Assembly: GCA_001949185.1 (NCBI GenBank)
Contig: BDGG01000015.1
Coordinates: forward strand, 1,231,621-1,295,620
Length of the DNA: 64,000 bases
From: Ramazzottius varieornatus
Lineage: Eukaryota > Animalia > Tardigrada
Direction of reading: 5' to 3'
Shown here: positions 35,701 to 49,175 of the stretch, in pieces
How the letters are laid out: each line of letters starts with the position of its first letter
Position numbering within the stretch: the stretch's first letter is position 1
The notes under the pieces: generated by a model
What the model saw: only the letters and a program-made list of their open reading frames with translations
What the model was told of the DNA's origin: nothing
Databases searched by the model: none
Position numbers and translations under genes: made by a program

Positions 35701-38700
35701 CCGAATAAACACACATAGCGTGCATCTTCTTCTTCGTCTTTCAACAACAAGATCGACATCAACACTTAATCTGCGGCAAACAGGTGCAGGACGGAAATAA
35801 CTACCTCCCAAATTTTCACGGTCGAACGCCTGCCAACGAACGGACGGATTCCAAGCTCAAATTTTCTACTGCCACTGAGAACTGAAGCCCAAAAAGTTCC
35901 TCGCTGTAGAAAACCTGTCCTAATGCAGTATAAAATTTTCTAGTATTCGGATTTTTCCGTTTTTAAATTTTGGGATTGTTTATAGAGTAAGAAAACTAAG
36001 CTGGTCGCAAAGAACAAACATGAAATTCTGAAAGTAAATGATGTGATCAATGAAGGCACTCATCACAAGATTGATGATTACTTTTTGAGCCACAGCAAAC
36101 ACTAGGCCTGTGTAGCTTTACGGCTCCTCAAACTCCTCAACGATTGTTGTGGTCGATTTGTTATGTGTTCAATCAGCATGAAGTGGCACTGAGAAGGATA
36201 CTCAAGGTTCCCTCTTGTTAGACCAGCCGTAAAGTCTCATATCATCAGTCCGTTGCAGGCAACTGGAGGTCGCTACTCACAGTCACTGACGACTCAGCTC
36301 AAGGCAAGAAATGCCGCTCGCTCCGTACTCTACGCGATCCCCGCCAACCGAGGATGCCAAAGAAGATAAGTTAACGAACCTTCGAACTACGAACTATCAG
36401 GTCCGCAAGTATGAAATTTCGGTTTTCGACTGATCATCTTTGAAACATCTTCTCAACTTTGTGTGAAAACTTTCTGAGTCTGACTTACGTTTGGTGTTAG
36501 TAACTGCCTCTTGTTAATTTATCAAAACAGAAAACAGGCGGCTGCCACCATTCGAGAAAGAAAGAAAAACTGCGGAAGGAAAGGAGGACCTTCAAAACTG
36601 AGTCTCCTACAAAATTTTTCTGTCTCGGCAGCGGCGGCCTGATCTGAAAAGTGTTAGGTAGTTTAGTACCCCGTAACTTGTGCTATGTAACGAAGAAAAC
36701 ACGGTATGAAAAATCAGCCTGCAGAATTTTAGAAAAAAGGTTTCGTGAAAAACCGGGTGGTGCGCAGTGTTGTCTGAGGTGCGCAAGTTTAGTAAGGTAT
36801 TCAAATTCTGATTGTTACTGTCTCATGGCTTTGACCGATCCTCCTGATGTTGTGTTCCGAGACACTGCTGATGTGTCTTATAACGCCATTCCAAGGTTCG
36901 AAAGGATCGATCGTCGACGAGCCTTGCAAAATACTCGGTTTCTCAAAACACTTCTAGTTTTTCAGGGGTAAACTTGCAACTGGCTGACTCCGGAGAAAGC
37001 TTTCTGACCAAAACTTTTGCCTGCTTCAGAAAGTACATTCATCCTCCTCTTGTTCCTTATACAGCATGAATTTCTAGCCAACTCCGACGAAGAGCAGTGG
37101 TCAAAAAAGTAAACTTGCAAATTTTTCAGAAATTTGCGGTAAGTTGAAACTCCCCTAGGAAATGTTAGGAACAACTTCTGTGGGAGGTTTACTGCTTATT
37201 TAAGAGAAAATAGACGATGTATCGTCTTTGCCAAATTAGGAGGGGAAAGGAGCCAGCGTTCCCGAAATATGGATTTTCAAACTGTGGGTAGAAAAAAACC
37301 GAAATTTCATACGTGCGAACCTGATATAAGTGGGGAGACTCGATCTACGATCATTTATCACGAACCGAGGTTCTCTGCCAGCTTTGCGGCGTAGATTGAG
37401 GCGTGTGTAAGGGTCGCCGTAATTATTGTCATTTCCTTGCTACGTGTTAATTACTGTCTTGAGCCAGAAACAAGTCAATCAGTCGGTGGGCCAAAAGTTC
37501 TCCCCAAACGAGCAAGTTAGTTGCAAGTGCAGGTGAGCTCTTTGGGCTTTGGCGGATGGAAAAGAACGGCCCATGTCGTCAGAGCTAACATTAAGGTAAT
37601 AAGCGCTGGTACTACTAATCAATTACACAGAGCCAAGGAGGTCCCCACCGGCACCGCATCATCACTATATCCATCTTTGTGCTCGTAAATCACCAGGCGA
37701 GTAGCCGAATGACGGTACTCTACAACAAAGATTCGTTCCTGATTGATGGCAAAGTATTTGTATTTCACCCTTTTACGCAGGTTTAAGAGAAACCAGACGA
37801 CCAAGTGTGTGCTCAGGTACCAAAGGTTCCTGTCAGGAAACTTTGTGACAAAACACAGCACTGCGCGAAAGAAATTCCGCGAACTTTCCAAAAATACACA
37901 GAAAAGTGTAATCATTCGCCTCACGTTGTCATGCCGCCCAGACAATTCTTCTGTCGAGAGCCGAAGCAGATAAATCATTTCTCGTAACGATCAAAGTAAT
38001 CTGCCTGTTGAGGTTCGAGCTTATTACCCCAGTGACGGTCATTTCGCGCGTGGGAAAAGGAGATTATACCGTGCTTCTTATAGCCATTTGGGGTCTTCGG
38101 CGTGTCGTTCATCTAGCCAGGAAGCACGTAACGAAGCTTTGGCGACCCATCCACGCATCAGCACAATTGGCCCGAAGAGACCAGTGACAGCGCAAGAACC
38201 CGCATTTCGCAGCAGCTGCTCACAATAAATGGATCCTGCAAGCAGAAAATGAGAAAAAATGTGTGGGGGAGTACGTGCTGTAACGGGACGACTATGATTG
38301 TGGTTCACAAAGTCCTTCCTCGCCAATATTCAGTAAATCCCCAATCTTTCTCTTCACAGCGTGAAGGAAAGACGATGAAACCCAGCTGTTGTTCCCGTTA
38401 GGAACTCGGCCAAATGACCAAAGCGAAGCCTTTGATAGACAGGCGTCAGACGTTGGTGGTCTGATCAATGGGCTTGTTGACAGAGGGCGCTATTTTGGGC
38501 CGCCATAGCGAAGAACTGTGACGCACAGGACAATTCCGCCGAGTTTGTTCTCAATGAAGTGTGAAGGAACATCCTGCCTCTCGTACCACGTTCTTCAGCA
38601 GTCCTGTTCGGCAAAGCAATGCAAAATCTAGCCAGCGAACCCAGAAGAAGAAGTCCAACCACACACGAGAAAAATTCTTCCGTCTGACTATTCGTCAATC

Positions 38701-40053
38701 TTCACATTCCAATATTTCAAGAATGAGAAGGTTTTTAGCCTACGAGTACATCGGTTCACGTGTGGCGGGGTTGTTTAAGCGGATGGGGCACATTTGCACT
38801 GTCGTCGCCATCGTCGTCCTAATCCTCTCAGACCATGTAACTCATATTACCCTTACCATAAATGTTATTGCTGGTTTTTCCGCTCTTGAAATAATCACCT
38901 AACACCAGCAGTTATGCTCACTATTCACACAATGGCTCGTCGTCCTTCACACCAAGAGGAATTTGGTATTCATGCAGTCAAGCAGTGGGCAAACACGCCA
39001 AGCCAGAGCTCACAATCGCCCAAGAACCCTTCGGACTACAACGGCGACCCATCCATAATATGCTTCTACTGGAAAGTCCAACTGGAGTACACCGTAAGAT
39101 ATAGGCTTTCCCCATTATTTGACGACAAATCAACTATGGGGCCACTCGGCTACTTACGCAACATTTCGACCGCGGCAGAGTACCCTGTTATCAAGGAGGA
39201 GTCGCCTGATGACCGTATACCATAGGCAGCCCCACACACAACCAGCGGAAATGATGAGATACACTCAAGACTCAAGAGCATTATCGCCAACTATTCGACA
39301 AAACGTAAAAGCCTCCTGGAAAGAGAAAACCTTACGCTTGAATATTCTTCAGTTTTGCGCACCATAAACGTGCCTGAAAATTAAGAAGACACAAAGCTAC
39401 GCTCAGTGCGAACAGCGCACAATGGCGGATCTGGCGGATCGGCTTTCAAGTAGCCAACGTAATCCGCAACTTATCTCTTTAAGCCAAATGGTAAAAGAGG
39501 ATCCTTCATGGGTCATTCATGGCCCTACATATTAAATTATACGCCATGCAGAAAATTAATACGCCTGATACTCGTCTAGTCTTACCCATTTTTGTCTGTT
39601 GTCGCAACAGCTGATGCCGGCTGTTGTCTCCGCACAAACAATCTCCCTACTTTTGTAACGGTAAGAAACTCTCCTACTCTTCCCCTCTTCCTCTTCCCCC
39701 TGATCATCATACATGAATGAGAAGCGCCGGGGTTTATATTGACTTCTTCTATGGGTAATGAATGCCGACAGGCAGGCTTGTTGTAACGGTAGAACAACAA
39801 CCCTGCTAGTGCCTGTATAACTTTAGTGCACAGCTGCGCCATTGAAAGAGGGTCAAGCATGGTGGAGAATATTGAATATTGACTCACTCACCTGGACATT
39901 AAACTCGCCAACGAAAATACGGATGAAAATCGATGGCTGGTACGAGTCCTGGTGGAGAGTGCTGCGTGTGTCACCTTTATCCGATGAGCCATCGGTGCTG
40001 GCCGTCAGTGTTTTGGCGCTGATACTGTCCCCGTCCATATCTGATCCCGTCAT
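23710..40053 (-). CDS. SHANK: Shank/Prosap scaffold protein (SPN/FERM-F0, ankyrin repeats, PDZ, Pro-rich tail), multi-exon
   Basis: Spliced exons: 40053-39892 (...IFIRIFVGEFNVQ)|KCLQFPPTTPIWEVKQ|ELKDSFNYGLFCPPYNGRAGKFLDDERLL|LKYKRRVYK|GLDPNFHD|ETPLTLA..GGAHLDFR|GWQEVHQ|ACRHGYVRHLEHLIFYGAD|ARVLLFRGADK, PDZ GYGFVLRGSK...PALQYLDDVDKNGPAELAGLRSGDFLLSING, and a last exon GQEQAGSHLAPPPEFC*. Confidence 0.93.
25804..25843 (-). repeat. CAA/CAG poly-glutamine tract within the Shank coding sequence
   Basis: Encodes QQQQQQQQQQQEQ. Confidence 0.9.
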
Positions 40054-43000
40054 TATTCCCCACTTAGCGCATCCAGCTTCCCTTTAATGAGTCATAAAAA
40101 GTCCCAGGCAATACGCGACGATCAGCGGTGAGTAATCAAATCAACCGGCCATCGGTGATAGGTTCAGCAGATACTCAGATGAGTAACAACCTGCAAAAAA
40201 AGACGTTACAATGGCCAGTCACTCGGAATGATTGATCCATATTCCCACCACAAAATTCCATCGAAATAATAGCGAAGGCAGATAAAAGCAATGATAATAA
40301 TACGACTGAGAGACGACAGTCGTACCCTCGGATTAACTTGAAGAACCTCAGTTGTTGGGATAAGATACAGTAGTTTGGGTGCTGAATGCGAAAGCAAAAC
40401 CCTGTCAAAGATGTGCGCGACTTGGAGCGTACAACCCGATGAAATGCTGCATTCTGCAAGGTGCGCGAGTTCAAGTGGGGAACCAAGTAATACTTTCGAA
40501 TTGTTGCTGAGGCAGGAGGAAACGTGACAAAGTAGACACCTCGTTTGGAATTTTGCTACACTTGACAGGAAAATGGACGCTTAAGGGAGAAACATGACGG
40601 GTATCAAAAGCACAAGTGCCGAAGTTTGAGAGATGAGACCCGCGTTGCAACCGGCAAAGCTGATATGCAAGCACAAACATCCCCTCATTCATCACCATGA
40701 TCTATAGCTAGCGAGCCCACTGTAAAGCTATAAGGGTTCTCTGCGTAAAAATGTTTGATACGACAAAACGGCAATTGTTAGCCTGTTACTTTTCTGTCAG
40801 TTCTCCGTTTGATTAATTTATGGCAGCTTGCTGACAATCGTTGTCTCTTCCGGACGCGCACTTTGGGCTCATCATTGATCGACGCGCTCTCTCGGACAAC
40901 ACAAAGTCTAAGATCGTGGGGGTGAAAATCCTCGACGGTTCAAGAAAGATTAAAAACATTCCATACAATGGCAGCGCAATGTAGTTAAGTAGGATTATAA
41001 GATTTTGGTACAGAGATGACACCGTGGCAGAAATGCTATTCCATGCATTGGTGATTTGATTGCTTGAGCCGATAGATAACTTTAGTGACAGCGTGTAACC
41101 GGTTCTACATATCATGCAACGAGCTTTCAAAGTTTGAAGTCCGGCTTTTTCATACGCGCGCGCTCCAATATACGGTCGATTAGTAGGCTAATGCTATCAA
41201 CAAACATCATGGATAAAAAGTTTGGTTAGCCTCATCACCGAAATTGAAGATTAATCAAGTTCCTCATTGACAGTCTTCCTCACGCTGGCCGCTTTCTTTG
41301 ACGAACCCGCGAGCTAGAGACGCTTCTTCTGCGCCAGAAAGAGCGTTCCAGCGGTAGGAGCTAATTTAGCCAGCCCGCAAGAATCCGCATCACGTTCAAG
41401 GATACTTGCAGAAAGCCGCAAGCGAGAACGAGTGACATCTTCACCGCCAAATTTGATCGTAGAACACATTCAAGAATAGAACAGACACAACGGACACGTA
41501 ATGGCAAAACAAATTTTCGCCAGAGCTGAAGGACGATGTTTCCCGAAACAGTCGTAAAGAGGGAAGATAGTTTCTATAGTCTAAACATCCAGCCTCTTCA
41601 ATGATCAACAGTAGTCCGCCAGTCCCGATCATTAATTACATGAGTTAAGTCTGACCCCAATTCTGGGCTGGACAATCACAACTGCCGACAGTGGGCCATA
41701 ACTGACATTAATTCCCTCAAATGGCACAGAAATTGATTTCGCCTCCTTTGGGAAATGCTGCTATGGAGTAAAGTAAGGAATAGACCCACTTAGTTCATGG
41801 TGGTGATCTACTGGTATCAGTGAATGCCATGACGGCAGCTGCGGCCGGGAAAGCATATGATGAACTACTTGACCACCAACCGACCAACATTATCCATCAG
41901 GCGAAACAGGAACAAGTAGCGGGGATCAACTTACAAATACAGAAATGGCTTGTGATGGATGGCTGTTCTGCTTTGATATTTTCTCCTCTGGAAAAAGATC
42001 GATGAACAAAGCCTGCAGATTGGTCACATGCACCGCGATAAAATTTCCAGAAGCAATAACAGTAGAATACTTCAGAAATATAATTCCTGTCGCGACATAA
42101 CCTAGACAGATAAATTGTTGAAACAAATTCAAGGGACTGAAACAAAATGGCGGATGTGGGTGGCTCCTGCAGTCAAGCGGATGGATGGGTTCCTCAGAGC
42201 AGGCTCTTGAGTCGTTCTCGAGCACCAGCGGTTGGGCTGATAGACTACAAGACTTGAGGAAAAAAGAGCGAAAAAGTGGCCGGGCACTCACAGATCAACA
42301 ACAAGAAAACCGTGGTACACACGAAAATACATGGGCAACAGTCTGTTCATTGGCTATGGCAAGATCTGTACTGAACATTACGTCAATAGATAGCCTCTTG
42401 AAATCCCTCCATGAACCACTACAGCACTGCCAGCAATCCATCAAGGACCCGTGCATGGTGTAACATGGCAAAATGTGCGCCGCCTTTGCACGGTACAACA
42501 TGTTCGGCACCATACCGCCAACACTCAGATATCGAAAGACCAGTACGGCCCAGGCATAGGTCCACGTGTCGTAATACCACGGGGAAGTTCAAACCCCATT
42601 AGACTCATAAGGCATTATGGAAGATTTCTTTTCGCATTTCTCGCACGTTTACGAACAGTTCACCGTCGCCCTAAACACGTCGCGAAATGAGGAAATGCTG
42701 ACAAACGAAAGCAAACATTAGACCCTGATCGGCCTGATGGTAGAACTGAACTTTTGCCCCATATATTTGGGTCCGCCATTTTCTGCTCATTGAAAGTTGT
42801 TCATGTTCGATTAGCTTAATCGGTCGTCTTAGTTTTGCTGAAATAATGCTGAATTTTTCTGCCAATTTCTTAGATAAGCTCCACGCATTGATCGAGGTCT
42901 TGCAAGCGATCAATTGCGAGGACTAGGAGGATTTTGACATATTAGGCGTTTTCTTAATGTAGAGAGTCCGCGGTCCGCAGAAAATGCCTCAATATGTCAG

Positions 43001-45939
43001 TTTGTATGTGCCATGCAGGAACTTCTGTCTTCAGAAACATATATAGCCACTTCTGCGGACTACTTTGCAACATCCTCTGACAGTTGAAACTCCAAATGTG
43101 CACAACATTTGATATGGATGGCCGAATAACTCTTCGACAGCCGGGATGCCGTCTTATCTCACATGCACCACATGCAAAGCAGGTCAAACGACCGACTGCC
43201 AAGCTGCGGGACCACGAACTTCCGACTGTCAGAAATCGTACGTACGATATTCTCAGACAAAACCCTGATTGGGTAGTCGGCCTACAACGGCTGACTATCA
43301 CCAGCATCCACTTCAGAATTCTCACACGTGATTACAGGCCTAATAGGCCACCGGAAAACCACGAGATTTTCTTAACACTAACGTCCTCTTTGTGTATACA
43401 ATCACTCAGTTTTATTCACCTCCCAGTTTTAGCTTTTGGTCTTTCGGGTCTGGGTCATTTTTTTGCATGTACCTCGGTCTTCTCACCAAAGCAACACTAA
43501 TGACCAGCGGTCAGCAAAACCCCAGCACGGTGGAAGTTTTTTCTACGGTTTCGGGTGTTTTTGGTGAAATTTGGTGTTTCGTCTCTTCGCGCGAGACACG
43601 TGCACGGTATTCGCTTAGAAAAAAACTGGAGCACTGGGGACAGTCTTATCTGTCGAAGCCGAGCCTGGGATAAATTTTGTAGTCATCAGTGCGCTCAGAA
43701 GAAAATCAAGACGACCAGTTCTCCCTTTTGAGATTTGGCGTTCATGGCTTGCCAATTATCCGAATTTTGAAATCTCGAAAATTGCCTATTGGTTGGACCA
43801 GCCTTCGCAACACGGTACCAGCCAATAAACTTCCTGTATACACAAAGAGGACGGTAGTATTCTGCAAACATGAAAACGATCGTGCTGAAAGTGTTAATGG
43901 CAGTCCATCTGCTTGAACAACCCCAAACAAGCATGCCATTGTGAGTTTTCCCATACTAGGTACCAGGAAAATTACGTAGACATTATAAACGACAGCATCG
44001 TTTAACTCCACACTTCAATGACAAACACATGCCTGTTTCTAGATATTTTCGACCAAATTTCCATCAGATCTATCATGAAAGAAATCTTTCAAAACATTGG
44101 CCAAAGGCGAATTCACTTGGGAAAAGAATGTGAGCTGGTATTGTAACCTTGTTGCTTAACTAACCTCGCGATTAAGACTAATTGATGTAAGAATAACTGA
44201 CACATGACTTGTTCCTCACCTTCAAGAAGGTGTCGCGCGAAGAGTACAATGATACTAATCCAGCCAAAGAAACAGCAAAAGCGCTTCGATGCGATGAAGA
44301 GCCCCTTTTACAATACAAGTTGCCCAGCCGGTTCTCCCACGAAGCTAACATCACTAAGCAAGAGTACTGGGCTAATCAAGTTTGATGATGCCGCTATGGC
44401 TGTTCAAACAAGTTTAATAAGTTATGTTTCGGCGTTGCCACTACTCGATCACGATCCCCAACTACGTACAAGCAATACACTCACGAGCCAACCATACCGT
44501 ATTATTACACCGCTACTTACAAGATGACTACTTAAATATCCAAACAGAAGTCCACTCTCAACGCCCATACATAAATTCTCAGCAGGGAGCGATCCGACGA
44601 ACGGCCAAGGGAAGAGAGAAGAAAGTATGGCAGATGCTGCTCGCAGTGTAAATTGCTGTGACCGACTTTAACTAACGATCTTCAGGGACGGAAGGAAGAC
44701 TTGTACTAAAACTGTGAAATCCAAACTGTCAACATACGGAGTTGTTTCGAATGCAAGGGAGTCATGACTGACTACTGGCGACATCAAGCGAGGCCGAATG
44801 GGCGGAAGAGTCAACTGCCTTATCGTTCAACATTCCGATATCATGTAAACTTCTAAACTCATCACTCGGAAAATATGCATCAACCGGAAATAGAGCTAAT
44901 TTGACACAAGAATGGATTCTGCCTGATCGCCGTACCCAGTACCCACGCCCATTTCGAATTCGCCGGGAAAAGATGACCTAATATTGCGACGTTTCACTCG
45001 CTCGGCTGTCAAGGTTGTGTGGACAGAACAAACGTATGGTGTAGACGTATGGTAGGCACGACCGTCATCGTTCTGAATTTCATACGAGGAAGGAAGCATC
45101 ATACAAAGGTAGGTACGCGGCTCCCTCGAATCACAGGATAATGAACAAGGCATTGACGATGTACAGGTAAACACTTCTCTCCCTACTGGACTAGTGAAAA
45201 TGTGTTGTGCGGTTAATGACGTCTAACGGCACTTACCGCGCTTGCTTTGGTTAACTCTTGAGAAGTTGGGAACAGTGGGGGAGCATTGATGACCGAGTTC
45301 CAGGTCTTGGTTGGATCCGTTGGTCCTTCGAGCGAGGACAAGAAGTTCCATCCGTCTTCAGATTCCCCTCTACGACAAAAAACTGGTATTGAAGTATGAG
45401 CCTACGGAGGCCGTGAATGAAGGTTAGGGAATGTAACCAAAGGGGCCGCGTAACCCGCGAACCTGGAAAGTGAAAGCGGGTTTCCGGCTGCGCCAAGCTA
45501 CCTGCAGCGAGTCGTTAGCCATGTTCGGCGCAAAAGGCGTATTGGCGGTAGTGCTCTGTAATAAAATTTGAGATTAACTGCAAGGTTCGATCAAATTCGA
45601 ACTCTCGTAGAGCTAGTAACAGAGGCACAACAGATAAGAAGTCGACTGATCCTGTAAAGAAAAGGTCCGATAAGAAACGATTAGATTTCCGCTGGCACTT
45701 CTGTTCACTTGTATCCGCGACTCCGCCGTCGTGATTCCACTTTCATAGCGGATACTGTATCAATCAGACTGTACCGTATTATACGGAAGAGAAATGTTGT
45801 TTATCTACTTGGCAGCGGCGGCGGTAACACCGAAGCCAGGCACGTGGAGCATCCACTGTCCATCCAATAGTTCTGCGGCACTCGAAATATGGCGAATATC
45901 CTATGCCACCGCAGATCAGCGCAACTCAGATAGCAGGTA

Positions 45940-46066
45940 CGAGGTGCCCGGCACGGAAATATCCACCGGACGTGGAGATATCCACCGGGTACTTAAGCTG
46001 AAATATAACGTAAGGACTCGGTGGATATCTCCACGACCGGTGGATGTTTCCGTGCCGAGCACCTCG
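45940..46066. mobile_element. Tiny hairpin MITE (127 bp, TA TSD, mariner-like ends)
   Basis: TA|CGAGGTGCCCGGCACGGAAATATCCACCGG...CCGGTGGATGTTTCCGTGCCGAGCACCTCG|TA, with arms of about 56 bp and a loop of about 15 nt. Confidence 0.85.
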
Positions 46067-46615
46067 TATCCTCCAGCCCTCCAGCCAGCAAAGACCAACC
46101 TTCTGACGGATTCCCTAATGAAATTGACCTGCAGAGATAATCAGACACCTCATGATTTAGACTTTGGAACCCAGGAGAAAGCAGAGTCCACTCTGAGTTT
46201 CTGACTCAACTGTCACTGGTATGCAACAAACCTAAGACAAAACGATCCTGTGGTCTGCCACGACTCAGTCGATTAATCCAACTTTTACGATGGAGGGACA
46301 GATGTAGGGTTAACGCTGCATCTGGACGATGAGCCAACCAAAGGGACAGAAGGTGAGAAAGCTAGGACTGTTTTGATGAGCATTGACACACGCACAAACA
46401 GGATCATTATAGCAATTGTATGGAGCGCTGCAGTGCAGGTCTACGCTCTACAGTCTACAGTCCCGGAGTGGCAGCTTAATCTCTGTCAATCCTCCGGAGA
46501 GTCTAGACCGTACCTCACCAGGCATTGCATTGCGCAATGGAATAAATGGGGACTTTGTCCCAATTTTGCTGGAATTCTTCTGGACTGTTCAGGAATTTTC
46601 CGAAATCTTGCTGAC

Positions 46616-46820
46616 TAGGGGTCAGCGCGGGGTTCGAAAGACTTCAGTGGTCGAGATTGTTGAGGGCAGAGACCAGGACCCCGAGTGAGAAGTCTTCTGG
46701 CTTGTCCAGCAATCAACACTATTTGGTTCACTGCCCACAAGACTTCTTATGAAGGCTCCAGGCCCCCTGCCCTCAACAATCTCTGCCACTGAAGTCTTTC
46801 GGACCGCGCGCTGACCCCTC
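46616..46820. mobile_element. hAT-type MITE (205 bp, perfect 8-bp TSD)
   Basis: Imperfect TIRs of about 55 bp, TAGGGGTCAGCGCG...GAAAGACTTCAGTGG..GAGATTGTTGAGGGCAG. TSD TTGCTGAC at 46608-46615 and 46821-46828. Confidence 0.9.
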
Positions 46821-47512
46821 TTGCTGACACATGCCATGTATGTCATGTCAAACCTCATGTCACATCACCCATGTACTATGACACCACATCACGTGGCCCA
46901 TGCGTCACCGTTTACAGTAACCAACCGGGGCGAACGATATTTAAGTTTTGGTATCTCCATATAAGAGCCTCCAAATGGCTTACGACCAAATCGTTCAGGA
47001 GAGCATTTTTACGTTTCTGGACTCCAAGGGTGAAATTAAACAGTACTTTCACCCATATCAATCATCAAACAGAGTCTCAGGAACGCGAAGTCGAAGTCAG
47101 AATCAATTTTTGATCATAGGTTAGAAAGTAAGGGAGAACAAGGTGGAAGCCCCGAATTCCCGTGCATTTCCTAAGCAGCAAGCAGATCGGTTGTATGTAC
47201 TGTACGCAGTTCTTTATTCCGTTAATCAAATAATGACCGTGCGGAGACGTCCGAGACGATGTGCGCCAGAAGAGCTCGCTAGTGCCCGTCTCTTAGCAGA
47301 GCGCGTCGCTCGTGCTAAGACTAGCTCTTCACACCCCGATGTTTTTCCGGTGGTATTTTCCTACCTTTCGGCCACTCGTTCTGATTTCCTTACCGCGAGC
47401 CCGCGCCAAAGTGCGGCAGATTGACCCGACGGTACGGTTCAACATTTAGAAGAACTTGATGTCATAAAAGGCCAGTTCGGAGCAACAACGCTTTGGACGA
47501 CTCTCATATGGA

Positions 47513-48425
47513 TAGCGCTGGCAAAAGTACGATAAAGTTCGATACGATATTTTTCGATACTGTATGCTCTCCCGAAATTCACGTACGTCACTGACTCTCA
47601 AATCATTGGGGTCTTACCGTGGCGAAAATACAAACTAAAACTGACGTCATTCCATGACGGAATTACCGATCATTTATATGAAAACCGAAGAGACGAAACA
47701 ACCGTTTAAAAAGGAAAAAACCAAAGATACACAACAACTAAACCAAAATTCACACCGTTAGGCAGATGTTACTAAGTTTCGCTAAAGCCAGACGAGAAAA
47801 ACAAAGCAGTCGGCGGAATTTCGTGCTTAAGTGAGTTATATAGCGGAATCTAACAAGTTTATAGTATACGATTGATCTGCTTGATTAGTTCTGATAACGT
47901 CAATGTGATTCAGACTGTTATGGTCATCGTATGAGAACTCTTTCTCTAGTTTTACACTCTGAATGAAGTGACGTACATGAATTTCGGGAGAGTGTACAGT
48001 ACAATATCGGCGGATATTTTATTGCGGTCATCGATACTCATTCGATACGATATTTTTCCGTTACCGTATTTTCGATATATCGTGTCATCGCAGCGATATA
48101 TCGATATTTCTGGAATTTTAGTTTTTCGGAATTCCACTTGTTCAAGCCCAAAAACTCAAGAAACCGATTTCTACATAAAGTATTAGTAAGATCGAAAGCG
48201 TCGGATGCAGCAAAGACATCACTATACCAATACTTCAAACACATGGAAACCTGGACAGAGTTAGTACCAGATCTGAATGGGCGGAGTGTGCTCGGTACAC
48301 CATGGCCAAAATCAAGTTTTGGAATCAACCATGGTCTTCCGTAAGCGAGATATCACTGGCGAGTTTGCCATTCAGCAAAATACCGACATATCGAAAATAT
48401 ATCGATACGATATCGCCGAAAAGTT
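47513..48425 (+). mobile_element. hAT-type non-autonomous element, copy A (one end lost, interrupted by a nested MITE)
   Basis: Begins TAGCGCTGGCAAAAGTACGATA and carries CGATA subterminal motifs. 48001-48425 is nearly identical to the reverse complement of about 56540-56965. Confidence 0.85.
47560..47999. mobile_element. Nested TA-TSD MITE (440 bp, 33-bp TIRs)
   Basis: TA|CTGTATGCTCTCCCGAAATTCACGTACGTCACT...AGTGACGTACATGAATTTCGGGAGAGTGTACAG|TA. The empty site (TTCGATACAATATC) is present in copy B near 56960. Confidence 0.92.
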
Positions 48426-49175
48426 TTATTCCTGGAGCTGTAAAATCGACAAGGTTCTCACCTTTTCTCGACATGAAAGGGGTGGACAATAATACTCACC
48501 AAAAATCCAGCCGTTGAAGGATTCGAACTGTTCTGCGTGCTAGCACTAATCGTGAGCCGCTTGAACCAATGATCAAACAGTTTCCAAGATGTTTGTGTTG
48601 GCTTGCCATTGACTATGGAGTGGGCGGTTCAGCAGCACATCAGTGGTTTGAGTCTTCCGGTCAAATTATTCCCGAAAACTGATCCTACATCGGAAATTCA
48701 GAATCTAGATGCTTGCCTCCTTCTGTTGTCGAATGACTGCTTGATCTCGGGGATGCAGGATAAGAGCTGAATGTTTGGTCGAGCAGCTTCTCTCACAGAC
48801 TAGATCAGAGTTTTCTCAGTTCAGACCGAATTATTTTGAATTACGAGGTGAGTGCAGTTTACCGTTTAGTGGATACTGTTGAATCTTCCAGGAAGGTTTT
48901 AGTTTCTCGTAGGTTTCTGGTTCGGTACATCGACATAGACTGGAGGCTCGCGAAGAGGAAATATCCAAGTATGAGCCAGACCTGGACGCGTGGCCAAGTG
49001 GCTCTGTTGATGATGATGGCAGCTGTTTATACAACTTGAGGGTGTTTACCATCAGTTCAATACTGTTTGGCAATTACCTGAAGCCGTGTTGCTAAAGCTG
49101 GATACGTCAACTGGATCTGAAATGCTTGTGTATGTTACAGGTGAAGACGGATTGTCCTTTTCTCTTCAACCAACC

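Noticed and set aside
36600-37330. Weak inverted similarity to about 43500-43690 (CTACAAAATTT...CTCGGC)
   Set aside because: Too short and diverged to call by eye.
48505-48570. Minus-strand A-box/B-box-like sequence (TGGTTCAAGCGG...GTTCGAATCC)
   Set aside because: No cloverleaf could be folded. At most a tRNA-derived SINE remnant; it needs tRNAscan-SE or a Dfam search.
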